Origin: Myxococcales bacterium
GTDB taxonomy: Bacteria; Myxococcota_A; Polyangia; Polyangiales; DASUME01
Length of the DNA stretch: 64,000 nt
Assembly (NCBI GenBank): GCA_047601445.1
Contig: JASGJH010000001.1
Span: 1,856,001 to 1,920,000, forward strand
Direction of reading: 5' to 3'
Position numbers and translations under genes: made by a program. Numbering within the stretch: position 1 is the stretch's first letter; each line of letters opens with the position of its first letter. Of the stretch, positions 1 through 8,921 are shown piece after piece. The notes beneath the pieces were generated by a model. That model searched no databases, had not been told where the DNA came from, and saw nothing but the letters and a program-made list of their open reading frames with translations.

Positions 1-1
1 G

Positions 2-112
2 GGGATCACGATCGAAGAAGCGGGCGCTCGGCTCGGACTCTCCAAGTCGTGGGCGAGCCGCCTGCACGCCAAGGCCCTGGACCGCATGCGCAAGCAGCTG
101 GAAGCGCTGTAG
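2..112 (+). CDS. 3' end of a sigma-70 family RNA polymerase sigma factor (FliA/WhiG-like region 4), truncated by the window edge
   Basis: Frame 2 reads GITIEEAGARLGLSKSWASRLHAKALDRMRKQLEAL*, a region-4 helix-turn-helix typical of FliA/WhiG-type sigma factors; not in the ORF track. Confidence 0.75.
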   Translation, partial: GITIEEAGARLGLSKSWASRLHAKALDRMRKQLEAL

Positions 113-120
113 AGGTGCGA

Positions 121-774
121 ATGTTCCGAGCATGTGTCGTGTGTTGGCTCTGGCTCGCGTCGTTCGCGGTGCTCGGGGTCCTGGCAAGTGGCGTCTCCGC
201 GCAGCCCGCGCCAGCCCACGCCGACCGCGTCGGCGAACTCGTGGCACGCGGGCTAGCGTACGAGCAGCGTGGCGACCCCAGCAGCGCACTCGGCTTCTTC
301 CGCGACGCGGTGACTGCGGGCCCGCGCGACGAACGGGGCTATGCGGCGCTGGGCGCCGGCTACCTCGCGCTCTCCGAGTGGAGTCGCGCGCAGGAGACGT
401 TCGAGGCCGGCGTCCGAGCCGTGCCGAGCAGCGAAAAGCTATGGTTCGGACTGTATGAATCCGAGCGAAACATGAACCGGAGCCCGCGCGCGCTCGCCGC
501 GCTACGTGCCGCGCGCAGCGCACAGCCGAGCTCCGTGCGTGTCCTGACCGCACTCGCCGATCTGGCCTCCGAGCTCGGCTTGTGGAGCGATGCGCTGGCC
601 GCCACGCGCACACTAGCGGCACTGGCCGTCACCCGTCCGAACGAGCTCGACGCGAACACATGGCGGCTCCGCACACGCGCCCTCGAGCTCATCCTCGGCA
701 GCAGCGAGCGCGTGCATCATCAAACCTGCCCTGCCGCGACCGCCGTGCTGAGCGCGCTCGGGCGTTGTCCCTGA
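121..774 (+). CDS. Secreted tetratricopeptide-repeat (TPR) protein
   Basis: ATG at 121 after GAGG; hydrophobic signal peptide (WLWLASFAVLGVLASGVSA-Q); TPR-like helices (GLAYEQRGDPSSALGFFRDAV, YAALGAGYLALSEWSRAQETFEAGV). Confidence 0.7.
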   Translation: MFRACVVCWLWLASFAVLGVLASGVSAQPAPAHADRVGELVARGLAYEQRGDPSSALGFFRDAVTAGPRDERGYAALGAGYLALSEWSRAQETFEAGVRAVPSSEKLWFGLYESERNMNRSPRALAALRAARSAQPSSVRVLTALADLASELGLWSDALAATRTLAALAVTRPNELDANTWRLRTRALELILGSSERVHHQTCPAATAVLSALGRCP

Positions 775-784
775 GCTGACCTTC

Positions 785-3700
785 GTGCGCCGCCTCGCCT
801 ATCTCGCCTTCTTCCTCTCGGGTGCGTCGAGCCTGATCTTCCAGACGCTGTGGACGCGCATGTTGCACCACACGTTCGGCGCCACCAGCGTCGCCATGAG
901 CTCAGTGCTCACGGCCTTCATGGCGGGCCTCGGACTTGGGGCACATCTATTCGGCAAGCGCGCAGCTCGCATGAAGCGTCCTCTGGTGGCCTATGCCCTG
1001 TGCGAGCTGGGCGTGGCCGCGTGTGCGCTGGTGATCCCCGAGCTGGTGCGCGCCGACGGCTTTCTGGCGGACATCAACTCCTCGCTGCGAGCGACGCTGG
1101 GTGAAGGTAGCCTCGGCTTCATGTTGGCGCGCTTCGGTTGCGTCTTTCCCATCTTGATCGTCCCCACCACTTTGATGGGCGGTAGCTTGCCCTTGCTGGC
1201 GCAGCACTTCGTGCGCGGCTCCGACGACTCGGCCTCGCTGAGCGCCGAGGTCGGCACCCTCTACGCAGTGAACACCTTCGGCGCCGTCGCCGGCACGGTG
1301 GCGGGCAGTTTCCTGCTGATGCCGGCATTCGGGGTCCAGCTGACCAATTGGTTCGCGGTAGGAATCAACGCCTTGCTCGGCGTCGGCATCGTGACGGTTT
1401 TCTCCGTGCGTGCAGGCGCGGCGCGCGGAGCGCCTGCGGCCGCCGCAGAAGCGGGCGCGGCCCCCGATGCGGCGCGCGAGCCCGCTAGCGTCCCGCATCC
1501 GTCGAGCATGCTGGGGAGGAAGCTCGCGCTGTGGGGCTTCGCCATCTCTGGCGCCTGCGCGATGACCTACGAAGTCGTCTGGTCGCGCGCGCTCTCGATG
1601 GCCATCGGCTCGTCGATGCAGGCCTTCGCGCTGATCCTGGTCACGTTCCTGGTGGGCATCGCCCTGGGCAGCGCGGTGGCCTCGCGGCTGCTCCTGTTGC
1701 CCACGCTCTCGTCGGCCGCGCTCACGTTGTGGGGACTCGTCACCTGCGCCTTGAGCCTGCTCGCGCTGGCGCCCTGCTTCGCCCTCGCCAGCGCCGCGCT
1801 CGCATCGACCATCTGGCTCTGCCTGTGCGCGAGCATCGGCATCTACCTGACCCTGGCTTTCCGGCGCGCTGCACAGCTCGAAGCCGCCGACGACGAGCTC
1901 GAGCGTGAAGCCGAGAGCGTCCGCCTGGACGCCGCCGAGCGCGTCCTGCTGTTGCCCTGCGCCACCTCACTCGTGAGCTTGGCCTACTTCACCTTGCGCC
2001 ACAGCCAGCTTCCCGCCGTCTCGGTGCACGGCTATCTACCGCACGTGACGGGGAGCGTGGTGCTGTGCGTCGCGGGTCTGTTGTGGTTGTTGCTGCGACT
2101 GCGAAACGCGAGCTGGCTATTGGCCGGTTCCATTCAGCTCTCCATCGCCATCTCGACCTTCGCCAGCTACCTGTTCCAGGACGAGATCCCTTACGGGTTC
2201 GCGCGCCTGGTGAGTTCGCTGGGAAGCCTATCGGACCACGTCGGCACCGTTCGCTTCTTCATGTTGCTGTCGGCGGGCCTCTGTACGTTGCCTGCCACGC
2301 TCGGCATGGGTGCCATGTTCCCCGTGACGCTCGAGCTCGCGCGCCGCGGCCAACGCAACGCGCTCGGGCAAGACGTGGGCAACGTCTACGCCGCCAATAC
2401 GCTGGGATCCATCGCGGGCTCCTGGTTGCCGGGCTTCGTGCTCTTGCCGCGACTCGGCATGGAGCCGACACTGCGATTGGCCATGCTGCTCAACGCCGTG
2501 ATGGCCCTGGTCATGCTGGGGAGCGCGCCCGAGCGTGGCACCGCCAAGCGCTTGCTCTCCGGCCTCGCCGCGCTCGCCGCCGCCGGCTTGATGACCTTGC
2601 TGATCTTGGGTCGCACACCGCTCGACTGGGATCTCTCTCACATGACGCTCGGGGCCTTTCGCGTCTCGCTCGCGCGCGAGGTGCTGGATCCCACCTCGTG
2701 GGGCCAGCCCGACCTCGTCTACTATCGCGACGGAGTTTCCACCACCGTGTCGGTCGAGCGCTGGGGCCGCCACCTCTCGCTCAAGAACAACGGCAAGGTC
2801 GACGCCTCCAACGGCGACGACATGCCCACGCAGATCATGGTGTCGGCCTACCCGCTCCTGCTGCACCCGAAGGGCCCGCGTGGACTCGACGTGGCCATCG
2901 TGGGCTTCGGCTCGGGCGTCACCGTGGGAGCCGCGCTCGAGTTCCCCGTGCGCCACGTGGAGGCCATGGAGCTCGAGGAAGCCGTGGTGGAGGCGGGCGT
3001 GGAGTACTTCTCGGACGTCAGCCACTTGTCGCGCAAGAGCGCGCGCTTTCCCTATGTTCGGCACCCGCGCCTCACGCTGCACAACGACGACGGACGTAAC
3101 TTCTTGGCATCCACCAAGGCGCACTACGACGTGATCGTCAGCGAGCCCTCCAACCCCTGGATTACTGGCGTGTCCGACCTCTTCACGGTCGATCACTTCC
3201 AGCTCACCAAGCGTCGACTCAAGCCCGGCGGTGTGTACTGCCAGTGGGTGCAGCTCTACGAGATGAGCCCCGAGAACATCAAGACCATCTATCGCACCTT
3301 CGCATCTCAGTTCCGTTACGTGCTGGCCTTCGCAGCCGAAGAGCTCTCGAGCGACACCATCCTGGTCGGCTCCGACAGCCCGCTCCCACTCGATTTGGAT
3401 CACGTGGCCCGCTCGATGGCCATTCCGAGCGTGAACGCCGAGCTCGAGCGCGCCTACGTGCACTCAGCCTACGACGTGTGGAGCCGCATCCTGTTCGCCA
3501 GCCGCGAAGAGCTGATGCAGTTCACGCAGCGCGAAGAGCGGCTTTCGAAGGGGCACTGGCAGGAGGTCATGCGCGCCACCGGTGGGGCCCCCTGTGAGCC
3601 ATCGAACTGCCGCCGCGTGCCAGCCCGGCTGAACACCGACGACAACATGTTGATCGAACTGCGGGCCCCCTCCGACCTGATCGGCTTCTCGCGTTACGAA

Positions 3701-4333
3701 GGTTACCTCAGTGTCTTCTACGGCGAGGATTGGCCGTACGCACAGCTGGAGCGCAGCTTGCGCGGCGCGGAGTCGAGCGCGGACAAGGTGGCGATGGCCC
3801 TGTCGCTCCTGGCCCACGGTCGCAAGCGCGACGCGCGCACCTACGTGCGTTCCCTCCCCAGTGCGCCGCCACCCGAGCTCGAGGCCGACGTGCGCGCCGC
3901 TCAGTTCTTGCTCGGGGATCTACCCGAACCACAGCCGGACATCGAACCTCCGCTCCCGAGTCCGCAGCTCGATCCCGCGGCGCGCCGTACCTTCGACCTC
4001 AGTTACGTCGAGATCGAGCGCGCGCTGCAGAATGGGAACCCCAAGTTGGCGCTCGCCATCTTCGAGCGCCTGCCGACGCTCTTGCGCACCCTGAGCGGAC
4101 CGAGCTTCCGCTTCCTGCATGCGTTGGTGCTGCTGCGCGCGGCGGGGTCCGACCGTGCGCTCCTCAAGGAATCCGTGCTGGAGTTCGAGGACCTGATTCG
4201 GAAGGACGAGACCTACGCCCGCGCCCATCCGGAGCTGTACTACTTCCTGGCACGTGCCCAGGAGCGCGCCTCCAACTACGACAAGTCGGTGCGCAACATG
4301 AGAGCCTTCGCGGTCCAGACGGCGCCGAACTGA
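785..4333 (+). CDS. Fused multi-TM (MFS-like) / spermidine-synthase-like protein with C-terminal TPR region
   Basis: N-terminal FFLSGASSLIFQTLWTRML...FGAT and repeated LYAVNTFGA/VYAANTLGS motifs; LKNNGKVDAS, VGFGSGVT (SAM/dcSAM-binding), DDGRNFL, DVIVSEPSNPW; TPR-like C-terminus. Confidence 0.85.
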   Translation: MRRLAYLAFFLSGASSLIFQTLWTRMLHHTFGATSVAMSSVLTAFMAGLGLGAHLFGKRAARMKRPLVAYALCELGVAACALVIPELVRADGFLADINSSLRATLGEGSLGFMLARFGCVFPILIVPTTLMGGSLPLLAQHFVRGSDDSASLSAEVGTLYAVNTFGAVAGTVAGSFLLMPAFGVQLTNWFAVGINALLGVGIVTVFSVRAGAARGAPAAAAEAGAAPDAAREPASVPHPSSMLGRKLALWGFAISGACAMTYEVVWSRALSMAIGSSMQAFALILVTFLVGIALGSAVASRLLLLPTLSSAALTLWGLVTCALSLLALAPCFALASAALASTIWLCLCASIGIYLTLAFRRAAQLEAADDELEREAESVRLDAAERVLLLPCATSLVSLAYFTLRHSQLPAVSVHGYLPHVTGSVVLCVAGLLWLLLRLRNASWLLAGSIQLSIAISTFASYLFQDEIPYGFARLVSSLGSLSDHVGTVRFFMLLSAGLCTLPATLGMGAMFPVTLELARRGQRNALGQDVGNVYAANTLGSIAGSWLPGFVLLPRLGMEPTLRLAMLLNAVMALVMLGSAPERGTAKRLLSGLAALAAAGLMTLLILGRTPLDWDLSHMTLGAFRVSLAREVLDPTSWGQPDLVYYRDGVSTTVSVERWGRHLSLKNNGKVDASNGDDMPTQIMVSAYPLLLHPKGPRGLDVAIVGFGSGVTVGAALEFPVRHVEAMELEEAVVEAGVEYFSDVSHLSRKSARFPYVRHPRLTLHNDDGRNFLASTKAHYDVIVSEPSNPWITGVSDLFTVDHFQLTKRRLKPGGVYCQWVQLYEMSPENIKTIYRTFASQFRYVLAFAAEELSSDTILVGSDSPLPLDLDHVARSMAIPSVNAELERAYVHSAYDVWSRILFASREELMQFTQREERLSKGHWQEVMRATGGAPCEPSNCRRVPARLNTDDNMLIELRAPSDLIGFSRYEGYLSVFYGEDWPYAQLERSLRGAESSADKVAMALSLLAHGRKRDARTYVRSLPSAPPPELEADVRAAQFLLGDLPEPQPDIEPPLPSPQLDPAARRTFDLSYVEIERALQNGNPKLALAIFERLPTLLRTLSGPSFRFLHALVLLRAAGSDRALLKESVLEFEDLIRKDETYARAHPELYYFLARAQERASNYDKSVRNMRAFAVQTAPN

Positions 4334-4490
4334 GGACGCTACCGGCAGTTCGCTGCGTAGGGAGTTACGCACTCGTTCTCGCCCCAGGTGCGTACGACAC
4401 GTTGCACCCGGTTCGTGAAAAGCCTTTTGTAAAATTAGTTTTTCTATAGCTTTCGGGCACTTGTGAATATGGCATTACAACTAGAGCAGT

Positions 4491-4506
4491 GGGCACAGAA
4501 GCTGCT
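4491..4506 (+). promoter_or_regulatory. Candidate sigma54 (-24/-12) promoter for the 60-aa ORF
   Basis: GGGCACAGAAGCTGCT has GG-N10-GC spacing and lies downstream of an AT-rich tract (about 4418-4450). Confidence 0.4.
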
Positions 4507-4518
4507 TAACGCGGCCGC

Positions 4519-4701
4519 ATGACCAAGCAGGAAGCTCAGCGCTCGATCGACATCTTCGCCAAGACCGTGTACCGCGACCTCAAGCAGAACGGTTACTGCC
4601 GCGCCGACATCGTCTCGTTCGCCAGCTGCATCCTCGAGCAGATCACGAGCGACGCCAAGGCTTCCGGCGTCACCGCCGAGACTCGCGAAACCACCGTCTG
4701 A
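4519..4701 (+). CDS. Small hypothetical protein (60 aa)
   Basis: Strong GC3 codon bias; amphipathic helices (IFAKTVYRDLKQNGY...IVSFASCILEQIT) resembling small myxobacterial hypothetical proteins. Confidence 0.65.
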   Translation: MTKQEAQRSIDIFAKTVYRDLKQNGYCRADIVSFASCILEQITSDAKASGVTAETRETTV

Positions 4702-4824
4702 AGGTCGGTACGCCGCGAGTGCCCGCGAGGATCGACAGAGCGCGCCGACCACTGGCCCGCTACGAAACCTCGAGTCACGCTGCATAAACAGAGGAAACCG
4801 GGCCGAAAACGCCGGTGGTTTCGC

Positions 4825-4853
4825 TTGACCACCCGTGTAGGCAGGGGTAGACC
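4825..4853 (+). promoter_or_regulatory. Candidate sigma70 promoter of the gap operon
   Basis: TTGACC-N17-TAGACC, about 230 bp upstream of the gap ATG. Confidence 0.45.
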
Positions 4854-5082
4854 ACAGCCGCGTCTCAGCTCCTAGTTCGAGCGCCGAAAGCTCGCGGAAG
4901 CTGATGAGCGAGGTCGCAGGGTCTGCACTGCCCGTGCTCGTTCACAGGAGCAGCACGGCACAGCGCGGGCACAGCGCGCAACGAAGGCGCCTGGTCGAGA
5001 AATTTTAGCGGCGCGAACCCGGGTGAAGCGCACAGCTCTCCCGGTTCTTCCGCCTCAGCGGTGAAAGAGGACAGGAGAGCAC

Positions 5083-6096
5083 ATGGCTACGAAGATTGCG
5101 ATCAACGGCTTTGGGCGAATCGGGCGCTGCGTGGCACGCGTGCTCTTCGACGGCACTCAGAGCGACCTCGAACTGGTGGCGATCAACGACCTCACCGACG
5201 CCAAGACCCTGGCGCACCTCCTCCAGTTCGACTCGGTGCACCGCACCTTCAAGAGCGAAGTCAAAGCCGAGGGCAAGGGCATCGTCATCGGCGGCAAGCA
5301 GATCCCGATCTTCGCCGAGAAGGACCCAAGCAAGCTGCCTTGGAAGGACCTCGGCGTAGAGATCGTCCTCGAGTGCACCGGCATCTTCCGCAGCAAGGCC
5401 GCGGCCACCGCGCACCTCAACGCTGGCGCCAAGCGCGTGATCATCAGCGCGCCCGGTGAGAACGACGTCGACGGCACGTTCTGCGTCGGCATCAACAGCA
5501 ACGAATACGACCCGGCCAAGCACACGGTGTTCTCCAACGCCTCCTGCACCACCAACTGCCTGGCGCCCATGGCCAAGGTCATCCAGGACACCTTCGGCAT
5601 CGTGAAGGGTCACATGGTCACGGTGCACAGCTACACCAACGACCAGAACCTGCTCGACCTGCCCCACAAGGACCTGCGTCGCGCCCGCGCCGCCGCGCTC
5701 TCCATGATTCCCTCGAGCACCGGCGCCGCCAAGGCCATCGGGCTCGTGCTGCCCGCCCTCAAGGGCAAGCTGAACGGGACCTCCATCCGCGTGCCCACGG
5801 CCGACGTGTCCATCACCTGCCTCACGGCCCTGGTGTCCAAGAGCACCACGAAGGAAGAGGTCAACGCCGCGCTCAAGGCCGCCGCCGAGGGGCCGCTCAA
5901 GGGCGTCCTTGGTTTCGAGACGCGCCCGCTGGTGTCGAGCGATTTCATCGGCGACCCGCGCTCTTCTATCGTGGACGCCGAGCAGACCGACGTGGTCGGC
6001 GGCGACTTGATCGAGGTCCAGGCCTGGTACGACAACGAGTGGGGCTTCTCGAACCGCATGGTCGACCTCGCCCGCTTGGTCGCGAAGAAAGGCTGA
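5083..6096 (+). CDS. gap: Type I glyceraldehyde-3-phosphate dehydrogenase
   Basis: INGFGRIGR, ASCTTNCL, WYDNEWGFSNR; SD AGGAGAG. Confidence 0.98.
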   Translation: MATKIAINGFGRIGRCVARVLFDGTQSDLELVAINDLTDAKTLAHLLQFDSVHRTFKSEVKAEGKGIVIGGKQIPIFAEKDPSKLPWKDLGVEIVLECTGIFRSKAAATAHLNAGAKRVIISAPGENDVDGTFCVGINSNEYDPAKHTVFSNASCTTNCLAPMAKVIQDTFGIVKGHMVTVHSYTNDQNLLDLPHKDLRRARAAALSMIPSSTGAAKAIGLVLPALKGKLNGTSIRVPTADVSITCLTALVSKSTTKEEVNAALKAAAEGPLKGVLGFETRPLVSSDFIGDPRSSIVDAEQTDVVGGDLIEVQAWYDNEWGFSNRMVDLARLVAKKG

Positions 6097-6102
6097 TCGT
6101 CG

Positions 6103-7287
6103 ATGAGCTCGCCCGTTCGCACTCTTGGTGATCTCGATGTCGTGGGCCGCGTGGTGTTCGTCCGCGTGGACTTCAACGTGCCGCTCGATGGCAGCAAAGT
6201 CACGGACGACACGCGCATCCGCGCCGCCATTCCCACCATCAAGCAGATCATGGAGCGCGGCGGGCGAGTGCTGTTGGCCTCGCACCTCGGCCGTCCCAAA
6301 GGTAAGCCGAAGCCCGAGTTCAGCGTGGAGCCCGCCGCGGCTCGCCTGGCGGAGCTGATGGACACCGAGGTGCTGCTGGCCGACGACTGCATCGGTGACA
6401 GCGCCAAGAAGGTGGTCACCGACCTGCGCGAGGGGCAGATCGCGATGCTCGAGAACCTGCGCTTCCATCCGGAAGAAGAGCAGGACGATGAGGGCTTCGC
6501 GCGCGAGCTCGCCAAGCTGGCCGAGATCTACGTGAACGACGCCTTCGGCTGCTCGCACCGCGCGCACGCATCGGTGCACGCGCTGCCCAAGTTGATGCCG
6601 CAGCGCGCCGCGGGCCTTTTGGTGCAGAAGGAAGTGGCTGCGCTCGAGAAGCTGCGCACGGACGCAGAGCGGCCCTTCGTGGCGGTGCTCGGCGGCGCCA
6701 AGGTGAGCGACAAGATCGAGGTCATCGAGGCGCTGATGGAGCGCGTCGACGAGATGTTGATCGGCGGCGCCATGGCCAACACCTTCCTGGCAGCCCAGGG
6801 GCTCAACGTCGGCAAGAGCCGCATCGAAGCGGACAAGTTGGCGCTGGCTCGCACGCTCATCCAGAAGGCCGACGAAAAGAAGGTCAAGCTGCTGTTGCCA
6901 GTCGACGTCGTGGTGGCCGAGTCGCTGCAGGCCGAGCGCGGCAAGGCGACCGACGTCGCCGCGATCCGCCCCGAAGAGATGGCGCTCGATATCGGTCCGC
7001 GCACGGTGCAGAACTTCGGCGATCGGCTGCGCCGCGCCAAGAGCGTGCTGTGGAATGGCCCGATGGGTCTGTTCGAGAACCCTGGCTTTGCCGAAGGTAG
7101 CTTCGGCGTGGCGCGTGCCATGGCCGATTGCCAGGGCTTCACGGTGGTGGGCGGCGGTGACAGCGTGGCCGCGGTGCATGCCGCAGGACTCGCCGATCGC
7201 TACAGCCACGTGTCCACGGGTGGCGGCGCTTCGCTCGAGTTGATCGAGGGCAAGAAGCTGCCTGGCGTCGAGGTGTTGCGAGCATGA
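6103..7287 (+). CDS. pgk: Phosphoglycerate kinase
   Basis: RVDFNVPL, SHLGRP, LENLRF, NDAFG, GGAKVSDK, HVSTGGGASLE. Confidence 0.98.
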   Translation: MSSPVRTLGDLDVVGRVVFVRVDFNVPLDGSKVTDDTRIRAAIPTIKQIMERGGRVLLASHLGRPKGKPKPEFSVEPAAARLAELMDTEVLLADDCIGDSAKKVVTDLREGQIAMLENLRFHPEEEQDDEGFARELAKLAEIYVNDAFGCSHRAHASVHALPKLMPQRAAGLLVQKEVAALEKLRTDAERPFVAVLGGAKVSDKIEVIEALMERVDEMLIGGAMANTFLAAQGLNVGKSRIEADKLALARTLIQKADEKKVKLLLPVDVVVAESLQAERGKATDVAAIRPEEMALDIGPRTVQNFGDRLRRAKSVLWNGPMGLFENPGFAEGSFGVARAMADCQGFTVVGGGDSVAAVHAAGLADRYSHVSTGGGASLELIEGKKLPGVEVLRA

Positions 7288-8039
7288 GCCGCCGCCAACT
7301 CATCGCCGGAAACTGGAAGCTCCACAATACGCTGGCCGAATCCGTCGCGCTCGCGCGCAACGTGGTGGCCGGCGCTGCGCAAGCCAAAGCCGAAGTCGTG
7401 GTGGCCCCGGTGTTCACGGCGCTGAGCGCGGTGCGCGAAGCCCTCGGACAGAGCGCGGTGGGTCTGTCGGCCCAGGACGTCTATTGGGAGAAGAAGGGCG
7501 CGTTCACGGGCGAAGTGAGCGCGCCTCTCCTGCGGGACGTGGGCTGCTCCTATTGCATCGTGGGCCACTCGGAACGCAGGCAGTTCTTCGGAGAGACCGA
7601 CGAGAGCGTGCGCCGCAAGGTGCGAGCGCTGCTCGACGCGCAGCTCAAGCCCATCGTGTGCGTGGGCGAGTCCCTCGAACAGCGTGAGCAGGGGGCAACC
7701 CTGGGCGTGGTGGTCGGGCAGGTCTCGGCCGGGCTCGCAGGCTTCACCAACGAGGCCCTGGCAGAGGTGGTCATCGCCTACGAGCCGGTGTGGGCCATCG
7801 GCACGGGGAAGACGGCCACCCCCGAGGACGCCCAGGCGGTCCACGCGGGCATTCGGGCCCACCTGAAGGCTGAGCGTGGGGCCGCTTTCGCGGACCGTGT
7901 GCGCATCTTGTATGGCGGCAGTGTGAAGGCGGAGAACGCCGCGCAGCTCATGGCCCAACCGGACATCGATGGTGCCCTGGTGGGGGGTGCGTCGCTGGTG
8001 CTCGAGCAGTTCATGGCCATTGTGGCCGCCGCGCGCTAA
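7284..8039 (+). CDS. tpiA: Triose-phosphate isomerase
   Basis: AGNWK, GAFTGEVS, GHSERR, AYEPVWAIGTG, LVGGASL; ATGA overlap with pgk. Confidence 0.98.
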   Translation: MSRRQLIAGNWKLHNTLAESVALARNVVAGAAQAKAEVVVAPVFTALSAVREALGQSAVGLSAQDVYWEKKGAFTGEVSAPLLRDVGCSYCIVGHSERRQFFGETDESVRRKVRALLDAQLKPIVCVGESLEQREQGATLGVVVGQVSAGLAGFTNEALAEVVIAYEPVWAIGTGKTATPEDAQAVHAGIRAHLKAERGAAFADRVRILYGGSVKAENAAQLMAQPDIDGALVGGASLVLEQFMAIVAAAR

Positions 8040-8119
8040 AGCTAGGCGCCCAAAAGCAAGGCAGGCCACACCAGGTGCGTGGCCGCCGAGCTTGACCCGG
8101 CTCCGCCGAAAGAAGCGCC

Positions 8120-8767
8120 ATGTACACGTTCTTGTCGATCCTCTACGTCCTGGTTTGTTTGTTCCTCATCCTCGTGGTGCTGCTGCAGCCCGGTCGCGGA
8201 GGCATGGGCGGCGCGTTCGGAGGTGGGTCGAGCCAGACCGTGTTCGGCGGCTCGGGAGCCGGCAACTTCCTCACGCGGCTCACGTCCATCAGCGCGGCGC
8301 TGTTCATGATCCTGTCGGCCTCCTTGGCTTACATGTCCTCGAGCAGCGATAAGTCCCTGCTGCGCGCGACGGAAGCAGCGAAGGCCAAGCAGGAGGCGAA
8401 GGCCAAGCGCGAAGCCGAGAAGAAGACGGCCGAGCCCAAGGCGGAAGACGACGAGGGTGCCGCTCCGGCGCTCGAGCTCGCTCCCCCCGCGCCGATTGAA
8501 GAAGCGCCCGTGGCACCCGCGCCCGAGCCTACCCCTGAGCCCAGCGGTGCCGCCGCGCCGGAGCCGAGCGAGCAGCCGGCCCCCGCGGCGAAGCCCACGC
8601 CCGCTGCCCCGGCCGCCAAGCCCGCCGCCCCGGCCCCGGCACCGCGCGCCAAGAAGCCGGCCGAGGCCGCGCCGAGCGGAGAGACCACACCCGCACCCGC
8701 GGAAGCGCCTGCTGCAGCCCCGGCCGAGGCTCCCAAGCCTGCAGAGCCCGCCCCCGCCGCGCCCTGA
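8120..8767 (+). CDS. secG: Preprotein translocase subunit SecG with long Pro/Ala-rich C-terminal tail
   Basis: LILVVLLQPGRGGMGGAFGGGSSQTVFGGSGAGNFLTRLT signature; canonical position after tpiA. Confidence 0.92.
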   Translation: MYTFLSILYVLVCLFLILVVLLQPGRGGMGGAFGGGSSQTVFGGSGAGNFLTRLTSISAALFMILSASLAYMSSSSDKSLLRATEAAKAKQEAKAKREAEKKTAEPKAEDDEGAAPALELAPPAPIEEAPVAPAPEPTPEPSGAAAPEPSEQPAPAAKPTPAAPAAKPAAPAPAPRAKKPAEAAPSGETTPAPAEAPAAAPAEAPKPAEPAPAAP

Positions 8768-8921
8768 CCCCTGACGGATGGCGCTCTTCGAGCGCTGTTC
8801 CTGCTTGCTCCGCCCTGCGCGGGGACGCTCGCGCTGACGCCCTGCCCTCCCCGGTCGGGCGCGCAGCCCGCGAACCGAAGACCCGGCGCTACCGTGGCTC
8901 GCCCGCAGCGACGAGTTGGCC

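Noticed and set aside
4883..4920. Hammerhead ribozyme (CGAAA and CTGATGAG both present)
   Set aside because: Only 11 nt separate GAAA from CUGAUGA, too few for stems III and I plus the cleavage site, and no GAAA follows the putative stem II
5005..7209. 734-aa antisense ORF, and similar long shadow ORFs (e.g. 44210-45778, 29320-31017, 58294-59859)
   Set aside because: They lie antisense or off-frame to clearly identified genes; high GC3 suppresses stop codons; no recognisable motifs
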